Source: Firmicutes bacterium HGW-Firmicutes-12 | Lineage (GTDB): Bacteria > Bacillota > Peptococcia > DRI-13 > PHAD01 | NCBI GenBank assembly: GCA_002841595.1 | Contig: PHAD01000002.1 | Coordinates: forward strand, 1-46,160 | DNA length: 46,160 bases | Direction: 5' to 3' | Shown: one piece after another, positions 36,500 through 46,160 of the stretch | Position numbering within the stretch: the stretch's first letter is position 1 | How the letters are laid out: every line of letters starts with the position of its first letter | The notes under the pieces: generated by a model | What the model saw: the letters and a program-made list of their open reading frames with translations, nothing else | The model's database searches: none | What the model was told of the DNA's origin: nothing | Made by a program: the position numbers and the translations under genes

Positions 36500-37498
36500 C
36501 TATCTAAAACTATCTACTGCCTGCTTTGCCCACTCTGAGTCGTTTAGTACTGCCCTACCGACACCAATAAGGTCAGCTTTTTGTTCAGCCAATAACTGTT
36601 CTACAATCCTTGCCTCTGTTATACCGCCAGTGAGAATTACGGGAATTTTCACTTCCTTTTTCATGGCTTCGCTTAAAGAAGCGAAATAGCCCTGTTCCCC
36701 TGTATGCCCCGGTATTGTATATCCGCAGAAGCCTCCTGATATATCTAGAATATCGATTCCTGCCTTTTCAAATTCCCGCACTGCTATTAAGCTATCTTCA
36801 ACAGTAGTTCCACCTTCGATATAGTCTGCTGCACCTAATCTAAAAAGAATAGGGAAATCTACGCCCACTGTTTTTCGCACTGCTTCAATTACTTCAAGAT
36901 GAATTCTAATACGGTTTAAGACGTTTCCCCCATATTCATCTTTCCGTTTGTTACTCAGTGGTGAAAAGAACTGGTTTAGTAGATATCCATGTGCTGAATG
37001 AATTTCAACACCATCGAATCCGGCTTCTTTTACACGAGTGGCAGCATTTTGAAAAGCAACAATAATTTCTGCTATTTCCTTTTTCGTAAGTTCATGGGGT
37101 ACATCTTTACCTTTCCGCAGGTTTACAATAGGAGATGGCCCTACAGGTCGCATACCAATGATTTCCTCTTCAGTAGCGCTACCTGCATGATTTATCTGCA
37201 TAACACCCTTTGCTTTATTTTGGTGGATTATCTCTGCCAGCTTTTTGAGGTTCTCAATTACGTTATCATCTGCTATCGACAGTTGGTTCTTACTGGCTTT
37301 ACCTTCCTGACTAATAAAGCTGTGTTCTACAATGATAAGTGATATGTAACCACCTTGGGATTTCTCTTCATAGTAATCAAGTATAGCCTGGCTAACCATA
37401 CCGTCAGCTTCAGCCTTTGCCGTTGCCATAGGTGGCATGACTAACCGGTTATTTAGCAACACGGGGCCTACTTGTAACGGTTTAAGAAACAATGCCAT
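36500..37498 (-). CDS. NADH:flavin oxidoreductase (Old Yellow Enzyme family)
   Basis: NRLVMPPM, QINHAG, AGFDGVEIHSAHGYLLNQFFSP, DEYGG, ADLIGVGR; start 37498 after GGAGG. Confidence 0.93.
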   Translation of the reverse strand: MALFLKPLQVGPVLLNNRLVMPPMATAKAEADGMVSQAILDYYEEKSQGGYISLIIVEHSFISQEGKASKNQLSIADDNVIENLKKLAEIIHQNKAKGVMQINHAGSATEEEIIGMRPVGPSPIVNLRKGKDVPHELTKKEIAEIIVAFQNAATRVKEAGFDGVEIHSAHGYLLNQFFSPLSNKRKDEYGGNVLNRIRIHLEVIEAVRKTVGVDFPILFRLGAADYIEGGTTVEDSLIAVREFEKAGIDILDISGGFCGYTIPGHTGEQGYFASLSEAMKKEVKIPVILTGGITEARIVEQLLAEQKADLIGVGRAVLNDSEWAKQAVDSFR

Positions 37499-37537
37499 AA
37501 ATATGACCTCCATATTATGTTATAAAGCTCTTAAAAT

Positions 37538-37927
37538 CTAGACTTCTCCCTTTGCCGCTGCTATCGGATCGTCTCCAGGATAATTAACTAGTATGGCTCG
37601 CATACCAAATAGATCTAACACCACTTCATCCATTTGACCAACGGAGAATTCTGATAATACTTTTACTCCATTATCCTGTACCCAGCTTTTGGCTTCCTCT
37701 AAATCCTTTGCTTTAAAATGGAAGCTCCTAAAATGAATGGCCTTACCCGGTACTTCCACCAGTTCAAAACCTTGTTGGCTTATGGCAGCTTTTATTTTTG
37801 CTCCATTAGGCAATACTACTTCACCAACAAATTCAAATTCCAGACCAAAAATATTATTAAAGCTCTTAATACCCTCTTCCAAATCAGGGACACCCAGACA
37901 TAAACGTTCCAGTTTTTCCACTTTCAT
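37538..37927 (-). CDS. VOC (glyoxalase-like) family protein
   Basis: LCLGVPDLEEGIKSFNNIFGLEF...FELVE...FHFKAKDLEEAKSWV pattern; start 37927 after AGGAGGTGG. Confidence 0.7.
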   Translation of the reverse strand: MKVEKLERLCLGVPDLEEGIKSFNNIFGLEFEFVGEVVLPNGAKIKAAISQQGFELVEVPGKAIHFRSFHFKAKDLEEAKSWVQDNGVKVLSEFSVGQMDEVVLDLFGMRAILVNYPGDDPIAAAKGEV

Positions 37928-38016
37928 TACTATCCCACCTCCTATAATCATCTAGTTTACTTTCTAGAACGCTTTTTATTTATCCTTCCATATTTTACGA
38001 ATTAATTAATTAACCA

Positions 38017-39312
38017 TTAATTAAGAGGTATTTTTATTATTTCATTAAATTGCTTTTTGTATCTAATCTTTTTAATAAGCAATTTATGCTTTTCACCTGT
38101 AGCTAGGAATTCTAATTTTCTTTGATAGTATATCTTTGCATCTAATGACTTTTCTTCTTCCCCTGGTATAGTTTTCTCCAGCGATATCTGTTCTCCATCA
38201 ACAACTAGATATACCTTTTCCAACAGTACATGGTCTTGAGTTGTTATCGTCACGTAGGTTTTATCATTTTGGGTATAGACTTTATTCACGATGATTTCAT
38301 TGCCCTCAATTTCAATGCTTTTATCTTGTTCATTCCTCTCCAAATCTATAGCGATATCAACCGATTCGCTTTCTGTAACGGTATTAAATTTTATTGCTAA
38401 CTCTTCTAAGTCTTGTGGTAAGGGATCAAAGCGACCTTCAAACTCAATTCCTTTAGTTGAAGTGCTCATTCCTCCACCCTGTCTGCCTACTATTTGTCCA
38501 TTTGCTATGAGATCATACTCAAGACCAAAACGATAATATCTGTTTTGTAGTACATTGTTTAAAAACTCTAACGCAGTTCCGATAGAACCGTTAATTACTG
38601 TTTGGGTCGGTGAGGCAGTTATTGTCTCAAATCTAATTATAGTATCCTTAAGCTCTAATTCTCTATCTATATTTTGTTTTATCGAATAACCCATGGCTTT
38701 AGTTCTATCCAATTTAAATTCAATAGAACCACTCTCCTGGAATTGGTTGGGTCCACTTAAATCAAAGTTTAAGGTTAGATTCCTTTCAAAAAAGTAAGGA
38801 GGCTCAAAATCATAGACCCATTTCACCTTAGTAAATTCCTCATTAGATTTGCCATGTCCACCTTGACTATAGTATCTTAGCATTCCCTTCATGCTCAGAA
38901 ACAGGTTATAGTCGTCAACATTTCCTACTGTGGATTCTAACGTGTGAAATACAATTAGTCTGTTTTCGTCTAACATAATACCATCCAAAATAAGTACTGC
39001 GCCGTTTTTAAAATTATACCTTTTATTTATTTCTTGTCCCTGTCCTTGTTCATTCAAATCCTTTAAAGCTCCATTCATTACTTCATCATAGCCTAGAATT
39101 ATTTTCCCATAATAGGCTATGACATCATAATTATAAGAAAATAACAAAAAACAGATTAGAATTGCAGCAACCATAGGTATATTTTTTTTGGTTTTTTTTC
39201 TTTCACCAAGGGCATTTCTTAGCCTTATCTCTAATTCCGGCGGCGCTTCAAGTTTATTTAATCTTTCTCTTTCAGAAGCTAGAATCTGCTCTATCTCAAC
39301 CAAGGTATTCAC
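38017..39312 (-). CDS. Probable anti-sigma factor (single TM, DUF4179-like)
   Basis: Short cytoplasmic N-terminus, one TM, large extracellular domain (GQEINK...LDGIMLDEN); overlaps the ECF sigma gene. Confidence 0.75.
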   Translation of the reverse strand: MNTLVEIEQILASERERLNKLEAPPELEIRLRNALGERKKTKKNIPMVAAILICFLLFSYNYDVIAYYGKIILGYDEVMNGALKDLNEQGQGQEINKRYNFKNGAVLILDGIMLDENRLIVFHTLESTVGNVDDYNLFLSMKGMLRYYSQGGHGKSNEEFTKVKWVYDFEPPYFFERNLTLNFDLSGPNQFQESGSIEFKLDRTKAMGYSIKQNIDRELELKDTIIRFETITASPTQTVINGSIGTALEFLNNVLQNRYYRFGLEYDLIANGQIVGRQGGGMSTSTKGIEFEGRFDPLPQDLEELAIKFNTVTESESVDIAIDLERNEQDKSIEIEGNEIIVNKVYTQNDKTYVTITTQDHVLLEKVYLVVDGEQISLEKTIPGEEEKSLDAKIYYQRKLEFLATGEKHKLLIKKIRYKKQFNEIIKIPLN

Positions 39313-39820
39313 CTCCCATGCTTTCCTTTAGTTTCTTTAGGCCAAGGGATATTCTGGACTTAACAGTTCCCAAGGGTACATCCAATATCTCAGCAATAGT
39401 TTTATAATCCAAGTCCAGAAAATACTTTAAGCGTATCGCCTCACTGTGCTCATCACTAAGTAAGTTCATATATTTTAATAAATCAGTTCTTTGTTCCTTT
39501 TGTTCATATATTTCCTGATAGGGCTCTTCTTCTATTCTCTCCAATAAAATGAGCTTATTTTTTTTCTTAATTAATTGTTTACAGCAGTTAACCAAAATAG
39601 TCTTACTCCAACTAAAGAAAGCTTCTGGTTTCTTTAGCTTTGTAATATTCTCATAGAGAATAACGATCATATCCTCCAGACTATCCAGGGTATCTTCTTG
39701 ATTGCCCAGATATACATAGGCTAATCTGTAGTATTCATGTTGCTTGGCCATAACAAGCTCAAGCAGCACATTCTTATCACCTTTTTTAGCTCTTCTAATC
39801 TTTGATGCCAGATCAAGCAA
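39296..39820 (-). CDS. ECF sigma-70 factor
   Basis: AKKGD, YRLAYVYLGN, FFSWSKTILVN, YKTIAEILDVPLGTVKSRISLGLKKL. Confidence 0.92.
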   Translation of the reverse strand: MLDLASKIRRAKKGDKNVLLELVMAKQHEYYRLAYVYLGNQEDTLDSLEDMIVILYENITKLKKPEAFFSWSKTILVNCCKQLIKKKNKLILLERIEEEPYQEIYEQKEQRTDLLKYMNLLSDEHSEAIRLKYFLDLDYKTIAEILDVPLGTVKSRISLGLKKLKESMGGEYLG

Positions 39821-39843
39821 ATCTTAACCTCCTCTCTTATATA

Positions 39844-39872
39844 TAAGAGTGTTTAGTTATTAAAAAAGTTCA
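39844..39872 (-). promoter_or_regulatory. Putative autoregulatory ECF promoter
   Basis: Minus-strand TGAACTT-16 bp-CTCTTA just upstream of the sigma RBS. Confidence 0.45.
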
Positions 39873-40034
39873 AATATAACAATTGAATAATCAATAGTAG
39901 GTACATACACCAAAGAGTACTCTCTCCAATAAACTAACTACAAAAACAAATGGTCTGCTGGCGGTCATAATAGAAGGAGGTGTGGCAACTAGTAACCGCC
40001 CTTTTTAATTTAGTTTTAAAAGGAGGAAATTTTA

Positions 40035-41042
40035 ATGAGAAAAATAAGCTTAATCCTGGCTATCGTTCTTGTCTTAAGCTTAGTAGTCGGAAGCTTATGT
40101 GGTTGCGGTCAGTCCAAGATGACCAAGGTGCGTCTAAACGAGGTAACGCATTCCATTTTTTATGCTCCCATGTATGCAGCCATTAATCTTGGTTTTTTTG
40201 AAGATGAAGGTTTGGATATCGAACTTACAAACGGAGCAGGGGCTGATAAGGTCATGACCGCTGTTTTGGCGGGGCAGGCGGATGTGGGATTTATGGGACC
40301 CGAATCTACAATCTATATTTTTAATGAAGGAAAAGAAGATCATGTCGTCAACTTCGCCCAATTAACCAAGCGCGATGGTTCCTTTTTGGTGGGCCGAGAG
40401 CCTGATCCCAACTTTACTTGGGATAAACTAAAAGGTAAAACGATAATCGGAGGGCGTAAAGGCGGTATGCCCGAAATGACCCTGGAATATGTGCTTAAAA
40501 ATAAAGGTTTAGAACCTAATAAGGACCTAACTGTGCTAACTAATATCCAATTTGCTCTGATGGCCGGAGCTTTCACCGGCGGAACCGATGACTATGTAAC
40601 TCTCTTCGAGCCAGTAGCTACTTCTTTAGAAAAAGAGGGTAAGGGCTTCGTAGTAGCATCTGTAGGTAAAGAAAGTGGTGAAGTGCCCTATACTGTCTTT
40701 TCTGCTCAAAAAAGCTTTATAGAAGAAAATCCTGAGCTTATTCAGAAATTTACCAACGCGATATATAAAGGTCAGCTCTGGATTGAAGATCATACACCAA
40801 AAGAAATAGTAACAGCCCTAAAACCGTCTTTCCCGGATACTGATGAAGATGTTTTGGAAGTTGTAATCAAGAGATACCGTGATCAAGACACCTGGGCAAA
40901 GACTCCTGTCTTCACTGAAGAAGCCTTTAACAGGATGCAAGATATTCTACAAGAAGCAGGAGAGTTAAGCAAACTAGCGCCTTACGACAAGCTAGTTACT
41001 AACGAGTTTGCTGAAGCGGCCATAAAAATACTAAAGAACTAA
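40035..41042 (+). CDS. ABC transporter substrate-binding lipoprotein (SsuA/NMT1-THI5 type, YtlA-like)
   Basis: Signal peptide with LCGC lipobox; EVTHSIFYAPMY, GGRKGGMPEM, LFEP. Confidence 0.88.
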   Translation: MRKISLILAIVLVLSLVVGSLCGCGQSKMTKVRLNEVTHSIFYAPMYAAINLGFFEDEGLDIELTNGAGADKVMTAVLAGQADVGFMGPESTIYIFNEGKEDHVVNFAQLTKRDGSFLVGREPDPNFTWDKLKGKTIIGGRKGGMPEMTLEYVLKNKGLEPNKDLTVLTNIQFALMAGAFTGGTDDYVTLFEPVATSLEKEGKGFVVASVGKESGEVPYTVFSAQKSFIEENPELIQKFTNAIYKGQLWIEDHTPKEIVTALKPSFPDTDEDVLEVVIKRYRDQDTWAKTPVFTEEAFNRMQDILQEAGELSKLAPYDKLVTNEFAEAAIKILKN

Positions 41043-41085
41043 ACAGGGATAAAGCGAGATCTTAATTCAAAAGGGAGTGGATTAG

Positions 41086-41856
41086 ATGGAAAGCAGGGTA
41101 ATAGTAGACGTAAGAAACCTAACTATGAAATACCACACCTTAGCTGGGGAAACGGCAGCTTTGAATAACCTCTCACTACAAGTTCGAGAAGGTGAGTTTG
41201 TCAGTATTATCGGACCCAGTGGATGCGGAAAGTCTACCCTGCTTTCGCTGATCTGTGGTTTGCTCAGCCCATCCGGAGGGAATATCCTGGTGGACGGGGA
41301 AACCGTACAAGGCCCCAATCCCAAAATTGGTTATATGCCGCAACGTGATCAGCTTTTTCCCTGGCGTAATATTTTGATGAATGTAACCCTAGGGCTGGAA
41401 GTTCAAAATAAGCTTAACGAAAAAACAAGGAGTAATGCTAAGGATCTTTTGGTGAAATATGGACTTGGGGATTTTCTTTATCATTATCCTGCCCAGCTTT
41501 CCGGTGGAATGCGCCAAAGGGTAGCCTTAATTCGCACGCTAGCCATCGACCCGGAAATACTTATTCTCGATGAACCCTTCTCTGCTCTGGATTACCAAAC
41601 TAGACTATCTGTTTCAGATGAAGTAAAAAGAATTATAAATAACGAGAAAAAAACCACTATTTTAGTCACGCATGACATTGCCGAGGCAATCAGCATATCT
41701 GACAGAATAGTGGTATTAACAAAACGGCCAGCCGATATAAAAAACATTCATGATATTGCTCTAAGCTGTGATGACATATCACCGATCAGAAGAAGGGAAT
41801 GCCCGGAATTTAGACATTATTTCAACCTGCTATGGAAGGAGTTGGAGGTTAAGTGA
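41086..41856 (+). CDS. ABC transporter ATP-binding protein (SsuB/TauB type, YtlC-like)
   Basis: GPSGCGKST, LSGGMRQRV, LDEPFSALD, VTHDIAEA. Confidence 0.92.
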   Translation: MESRVIVDVRNLTMKYHTLAGETAALNNLSLQVREGEFVSIIGPSGCGKSTLLSLICGLLSPSGGNILVDGETVQGPNPKIGYMPQRDQLFPWRNILMNVTLGLEVQNKLNEKTRSNAKDLLVKYGLGDFLYHYPAQLSGGMRQRVALIRTLAIDPEILILDEPFSALDYQTRLSVSDEVKRIINNEKKTTILVTHDIAEAISISDRIVVLTKRPADIKNIHDIALSCDDISPIRRRECPEFRHYFNLLWKELEVK

Positions 41857-42668
41857 AAGAAGAAACTCGTCTCGTATCTATGGAACATCTGAAATTCATA
41901 CGGGCTGTAAGAATGGAAAACTACCGAGTTCTCGTGGCCCGCCTGACTATACTGTTCTTCTTTATCCTGAGCTGGGAATTGGCTGGTCGCTTTGGCCTTA
42001 TTGATCCCTTTATCACCAGTCAACCTAGCCGTATCTTAAAAACTCTAATTAACCTCTACCGCGAAGGGCAGCTATTTCATCATATTCTGATAACAGTCGT
42101 GGAGAATATCATCGGCTTCGTCTCAGGGACACTGCTAGGGACTCTTATTGCCGTTGCCCTCTGGTGGTCCAGCTTCCTATCTCGTGTCCTCGACCCCTAT
42201 CTTGTTGTGCTGAATGCTTTGCCTAAGATAGCCTTAGGTCCTATTCTCATCGTCTGGATCGGCAACGGCCCACCCTCTATTGTGGCTATGGCAATACTGA
42301 TTTCCGTAATTGTAACCATCCTGACCGTATACTCGGGCTTTGTCCAGGTGGACGAAGAGAAAATTAAGATCCTCAAAACTTTTGGTGCTACCAAATACCA
42401 GATTCTCCAAAAGGTTATTCTTCCTGCCAGCGTTCCTACCATTGTCTCAGCTCTGAAAATTAACGTAGGCCTATCCTGGGTAGGAGTTATAGTGGGTGAA
42501 TTTCTTGTCTCTAAAGCTGGCCTAGGATATCTTATTGTTTACGGAGGGCAGGTCTTTAAACTGGATCTGGTTATGGCTAGCGTGATTATTCTTGCCGCAG
42601 CTGCAGCCTTGATGTATCAAGGTATGGTGTGTCTGGAGAAATCCCTATCCAGATGGCAAGGTAACTAG
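41853..42668 (+). CDS. ABC transporter permease (SsuC/TauC type, YtlD-like)
   Basis: LPKIALGP, GATKYQILQKVILP, SWVGVIVGEF, AGLGYL; GTGA overlap. Confidence 0.92.
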   Translation: MKEETRLVSMEHLKFIRAVRMENYRVLVARLTILFFFILSWELAGRFGLIDPFITSQPSRILKTLINLYREGQLFHHILITVVENIIGFVSGTLLGTLIAVALWWSSFLSRVLDPYLVVLNALPKIALGPILIVWIGNGPPSIVAMAILISVIVTILTVYSGFVQVDEEKIKILKTFGATKYQILQKVILPASVPTIVSALKINVGLSWVGVIVGEFLVSKAGLGYLIVYGGQVFKLDLVMASVIILAAAAALMYQGMVCLEKSLSRWQGN

Positions 42669-42682
42669 TACATTATCTGGTT

Positions 42683-43024
42683 TTAATTGGTCACCAATAT
42701 GAATTGAATGGTAATCATATAAATAACTGTTCCACTTAAAATACTAATTAAGTTATTCCGCTTCCAAATATGCAGGATTGCTACAGTAGCAACTCCTATC
42801 AATTCCGGAATCCCAAAAGGAAACTTAAATAGATTAACATTTTTTAAGCAATAGATAATAAGCATGGAAATAACCGCAGGAGGCAAGTACTTCCCAATAT
42901 AAACTATATATTTAGGAGTAGCCTTACCTTTTCTAAAGAAGATAAAGGGTGCTACTCTAGTGCCGAATGTAACGATTGCAATAACCACTATTGCAAAAAA
43001 AGTATAATTATTGCTAAAATTCAT
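42683..43024 (-). CDS. azlD: Branched-chain amino acid exporter small subunit
   Basis: VTFGTRVAPF, YLPPAVISMLIIYCL, LHIWKRN; follows azlC. Confidence 0.88.
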   Translation of the reverse strand: MNFSNNYTFFAIVVIAIVTFGTRVAPFIFFRKGKATPKYIVYIGKYLPPAVISMLIIYCLKNVNLFKFPFGIPELIGVATVAILHIWKRNNLISILSGTVIYMITIQFILVTN

Positions 43025-43733
43025 TATTCATTGCCTCTTCTCGTTTTTCATATTCTTTTTTATCTATCTTCTTCTCAAAAACCAATAAAATTGCAGTTAT
43101 AAATATCATAGAGGGTAAAATCATATTATCACTACCAAAGATCATCAGGGATAATAATGTGGCCACTATACCAATCAGTACCGGTATATGAGTCTTATAA
43201 GTAAACCATTGTTCAATAAATATCACCACAAATAGGGCTGTCATAGCAAAATCAATTCCTTGAGTATTAAATGTAATCAAGGAGCCTGCGATAGCACCAA
43301 TAATTGAGCCTATTATCCAGTACATTTGATTTAATAAAGCGATAGAAAAAAGAAACAGATTATTATCAACACCAACAGGTGCTTTTAAAGAACAAATTAA
43401 TGAGTAAGTCTCATCTGTGAGAGAAAAAATCATATAGGTTTTTTTCTTACCCATATCTTTAAATTTATCTATAAATGATAAACCATAGAAAACATGTCTA
43501 ACATTTACGAACAAAGTCATCAATGCTATTTCAATAAGACCAACCCCGTTTGTCAATAGATTAATCGCTATAAATTGCATAGAACCTGCATATACCGTTA
43601 TACTCATGAAAATTGCCCACAAGAAATTATGTCCTGTCTTCACCATAAGTAAGCCAAAGGCTAACCCAACTGAAATATATCCAAGCATAACTGGTATTGT
43701 GGCTGGGAATGCTGCTTTCAATGCTTTTCTCAT
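43014..43733 (-). CDS. azlC: Branched-chain amino acid exporter AzlC
   Basis: TIPVMLGY, YAGSMQF, VNVRHVFYG, LTDETYS, FAMTALFVV. Confidence 0.92.
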   Translation of the reverse strand: MRKALKAAFPATIPVMLGYISVGLAFGLLMVKTGHNFLWAIFMSITVYAGSMQFIAINLLTNGVGLIEIALMTLFVNVRHVFYGLSFIDKFKDMGKKKTYMIFSLTDETYSLICSLKAPVGVDNNLFLFSIALLNQMYWIIGSIIGAIAGSLITFNTQGIDFAMTALFVVIFIEQWFTYKTHIPVLIGIVATLLSLMIFGSDNMILPSMIFITAILLVFEKKIDKKEYEKREEAMNNEF

Positions 43734-43769
43734 AAGCTGTCTCCTTAAAAATGCCTAGTATTTATAAAA

Positions 43770-43955
43770 ATGTCTCTTGCTCTAATTTCACTTTCTTCTC
43801 CAACAGGCTATCATGCATACCCTTATTTGCCTAATGAGAAGACAGCCAGGGACTATGGTATATTTAACGACTCGGAAGGGACATCCGAGCGGGCAAGTAT
43901 CATTATTGACGAAAACGGCAAGATAAAATGGGTTAAGGTATATCAACGAAAATAA
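43770..43955 (+). pseudogene. C-terminal remnant of an AhpC/TSA-family peroxiredoxin
   Basis: TARDYGIFNDSEGTSERASIIIDENGKIKWVKVY resembles a peroxiredoxin C-terminal part; no peroxidatic Cys motif and no RBS. Confidence 0.65.
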
Positions 43956-43998
43956 GTCCTATAAATAATCCTTAGTATATTATTTATAAGACTTATTT
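43950..43998. terminator. AT-rich inverted repeat between convergent genes (possible bidirectional terminator)
   Basis: AAATAAGTCCTATAAATAAT / ATTATTTATAAGACTTATTT, 20-bp arms with one mismatch. Confidence 0.5.
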
Positions 43999-44032
43999 AC
44001 AAGCATACACAAAGTAAAAGTCATCTGCTTAA

Positions 44033-44614
44033 TTAGATGCCTTTTACTTTGTGTATGCTACTTTTAATTAATTGCTGGTCTTGTGCTAAATTCGTCTCGT
44101 TATGTGTTGGTTCATTTTGTTTAATCTTAACTGTTCCTGGAAACAATGGAATATTTCCGTTAAACAGACGTTCGTCACCTATCGCCAAAATTGTACTGGC
44201 TGTGACTATACCGTATGCAGTATGGGCGAGATATTCTGTAAGGACCGTCTTGGGTGATACTGGTGTCACTTTAGTCGCCCCCATAGTCCCCAATACCCCA
44301 TAAATAAAGGTCCACATAGCCTGTCCTGTGGCTGCCCCTTTTAAGACTCCTCGATTCTTTCCGGTAAGTGAAAACAAATATACCAAAGACACTCCCAGTA
44401 GACTAGCTACGGCACCATCAGCCAGATAACCCACTATTCTCCCTTCCTTGGTAGTTACGGTATGGGGAGGAACAAGCATCCCGGCAGCTCTCTCAGGACC
44501 ATCAATTTCAGCTATTTTTTTCTTCTTAAAATAACCGTCGATAACTAACTTAAAGATGTTCCCGGCCACACCACCTATGACTCCCAAGATCATCCTATCC
44601 TTAATCTTTTTCAT
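44033..44614 (-). CDS. Hypothetical membrane protein
   Basis: MKKIKDRMILGVIGG..., about 4 Gly-rich hydrophobic helices, AHTAYG; start 44614 after AGGTGG. Confidence 0.75.
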   Translation of the reverse strand: MKKIKDRMILGVIGGVAGNIFKLVIDGYFKKKKIAEIDGPERAAGMLVPPHTVTTKEGRIVGYLADGAVASLLGVSLVYLFSLTGKNRGVLKGAATGQAMWTFIYGVLGTMGATKVTPVSPKTVLTEYLAHTAYGIVTASTILAIGDERLFNGNIPLFPGTVKIKQNEPTHNETNLAQDQQLIKSSIHKVKGI

Positions 44615-44740
44615 TTCGTTCCACCTATAACGATTATATTTAGATTTAGTTTTTATTAAATGACCCAATAATATCCCTCAAGCCATATAGTTAATCTATT
44701 ATCTAACGAAAATCCAATTCTGCTTCGCTTATGTTTACTT

Positions 44741-44777
44741 AAAAAAATAACCGGCCAAGTTAATAACTCTCAGCCGG
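44741..44777 (-). terminator. Probable terminator after the aldehyde dehydrogenase
   Basis: CCGGC...GCCGG stem followed on the minus strand by TTATTTTTTT. Confidence 0.55.
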
Positions 44778-44804
44778 CGTAAAATTTTGTTACTGCTCAT
44801 ACAT

Positions 44805-46160
44805 TCATCTATCCGTACTTCTTTTACTTATCACTCTGACTTGAGTAAACTGCCGATGACCATCTGGAGAGCCATGATAGCCATAGCCACTGTGTTTCGC
44901 TCCTACCCAAGGTGTATCCCCTATTCCTCCTACTCCCTGGTTAATACCAACCATACCTGCTTGTAATTGCTTCGCTACTATTTCTGCGTCCTTTTTCCCA
45001 AACACGACAGCCCCTAATCCAAAGTTCGTGTTATTGGATGCTTTAATGGCTTCATCTATATCAGTGTATCGCGAAATACATACAACAGGTCCAATAGTCT
45101 CTTCTTTGGCAATAAGCATATCGTCAGTAACATTCGTTAATACCGTTGGCACTACATAACGCTCAGGATGATTATATCCTCCCCATAAAACCTTTGCCCC
45201 TTTGTCTATTGCATCTTCTATTTGTCTAATAATATTATTTCTCTGTTTATCATTAATAATAGGTCCTATATTTGCCTCTTGGTCATTCCATGGTCCAACT
45301 TTGTAGTATTGAGCATAGTGTGTTGCTTTTTGCTCAAATTCATCAGCGATTCCTTCATCAACAAATATTCTCTCCGTAGATATACATACTTGGCCTGCAT
45401 TATCAAAGCTGTTTGCTACTGCAAACCTTACTGCTTGATCAATATCTGCATCTTTCATAACAATAAGCGGGTCTTTTCCACCTAACTCCATAACAAGTCG
45501 TTTCAAGGCACCAGCAGCATTTTTCATAATATCTTTACCTGCATTTTGGGACCCTGTAAAAGCAATAAGGCTTACATCTGCTTCTACCAAGGCCTTACCT
45601 TGTTCGTCTCCACCATGTATAATTTGCAATACACCCTCAGGCAAAACTTTATTGAAAACATCAACATAGGCTTGCGCAATTAGCGGTGTCTCTTCTGATG
45701 GTTTTAAAACCACTGTATTTCCTGCTGTTAAGGCTGGAATGATAAGCCAATGTGCCATTGATATAGGAAAGTTCCATGGTGTTATAACAGCACATACACC
45801 TAAGGGGTTATATTCCATCTGCGTCTCTAACCCACCGCCTTTAAATACTTGTGTCTTTATACTCTCTTTAACCAATTTAGCTCTATAGATCGCATCATAC
45901 GCACAGCCCTCTACTTCTCCAACTCCCTGATTTAATCCTTTTCCCATTTCTCTACAGAGTAATACCCCAAGTTCATGGGATTCTTCTGATAAAATCTTTG
46001 CTGCTCTATCGATATACCTAATACGTTCATCTACAGAGAGCTTTCCCCATGACAATTGACTAAGCTTAGCCGTTTCTACAATTTGAGGAATTAGTTCTTT
46101 TTGAGTTATCTTAACTGTACCTACTATTTCTCCATTACTTGGATCATAGGATGTAAGGAT
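44805..46160 (-). CDS. NAD(P)-dependent aldehyde dehydrogenase (5' end beyond window)
   Basis: ITPWNFP, LKPSEETP, FTGS, MELGGKD, NAGQVC (catalytic Cys), EETIGP; frame stays open to the window edge (ILTSYDPSNGEIVG...). Confidence 0.93.
   Translation of the reverse strand: MLTSYDPSNGEIVGTVKITQKELIPQIVETAKLSQLSWGKLSVDERIRYIDRAAKILSEESHELGVLLCREMGKGLNQGVGEVEGCAYDAIYRAKLVKESIKTQVFKGGGLETQMEYNPLGVCAVITPWNFPISMAHWLIIPALTAGNTVVLKPSEETPLIAQAYVDVFNKVLPEGVLQIIHGGDEQGKALVEADVSLIAFTGSQNAGKDIMKNAAGALKRLVMELGGKDPLIVMKDADIDQAVRFAVANSFDNAGQVCISTERIFVDEGIADEFEQKATHYAQYYKVGPWNDQEANIGPIINDKQRNNIIRQIEDAIDKGAKVLWGGYNHPERYVVPTVLTNVTDDMLIAKEETIGPVVCISRYTDIDEAIKASNNTNFGLGAVVFGKKDAEIVAKQLQAGMVGINQGVGGIGDTPWVGAKHSGYGYHGSPDGHRQFTQVRVISKRSTDR

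Noticed and set aside
39850-40034. TPP or other known riboswitch ahead of the NMT1/THI5-like transporter
   Set aside because: No TPP core (CUGAGA...) or other recognisable aptamer seen by eye
39980-40186. 68-aa ORF overlapping the start of the binding-protein gene
   Set aside because: Out-of-frame overlap with a clear gene; the SD abuts the GTG with no spacing; no motif
1-46160. CRISPR arrays, tRNA/rRNA genes, IS elements, prophage or integrase
   Set aside because: No regularly spaced repeats, structural RNA signatures, transposase or recombinase ORFs were seen; intergenic gaps are all short

Overview
AT-rich chromosomal window from a probably spore-forming Firmicute (Clostridia-like: strong AGGAGG RBSs, glgCD, Ku/LigD, YtlACD-like ABC transporter). 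Most genes lie on the minus strand. Contents in order: glycogen operon (glgB-glgP-glgC-glgD, running off the left edge); a NYN-domain gene; a plus-strand three-gene operon; a convergent NodI/NodJ-like ABC exporter plus PaaI thioesterase; small ferredoxin; DUF896; xth; aguAB; SHOCT genes with an OmpR-type two-component system; split NHEJ genes; MBL hydrolase; an ABC-F ribosome-protection gene with a complete uORF attenuator; MarR/MFS; several redox genes; an ECF sigma/anti-sigma pair; an SsuABC/YtlACD-like importer; azlCD; two gene remnants; and an aldehyde dehydrogenase running off the right edge. The most striking element is the plus-strand operon at 7393-14745. It joins a stand-alone C(starter)-A-PCP-TE NRPS, whose TE has a Cys nucleophile, to a 7TM-sensor histidine kinase and a REC-HD-GYP phosphodiesterase. 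This architecture suggests a synthase-receptor-second-messenger (quorum-sensing-like) circuit using an N-acyl-amino-acid signal; that function is inferred, not shown. Two near-identical CsoR-family operators sit in promoters of Fe-S genes about 19 kb apart. No CRISPR array, rRNA, tRNA or mobile element was seen. All family assignments come from motif recognition by eye; no database searches were run.
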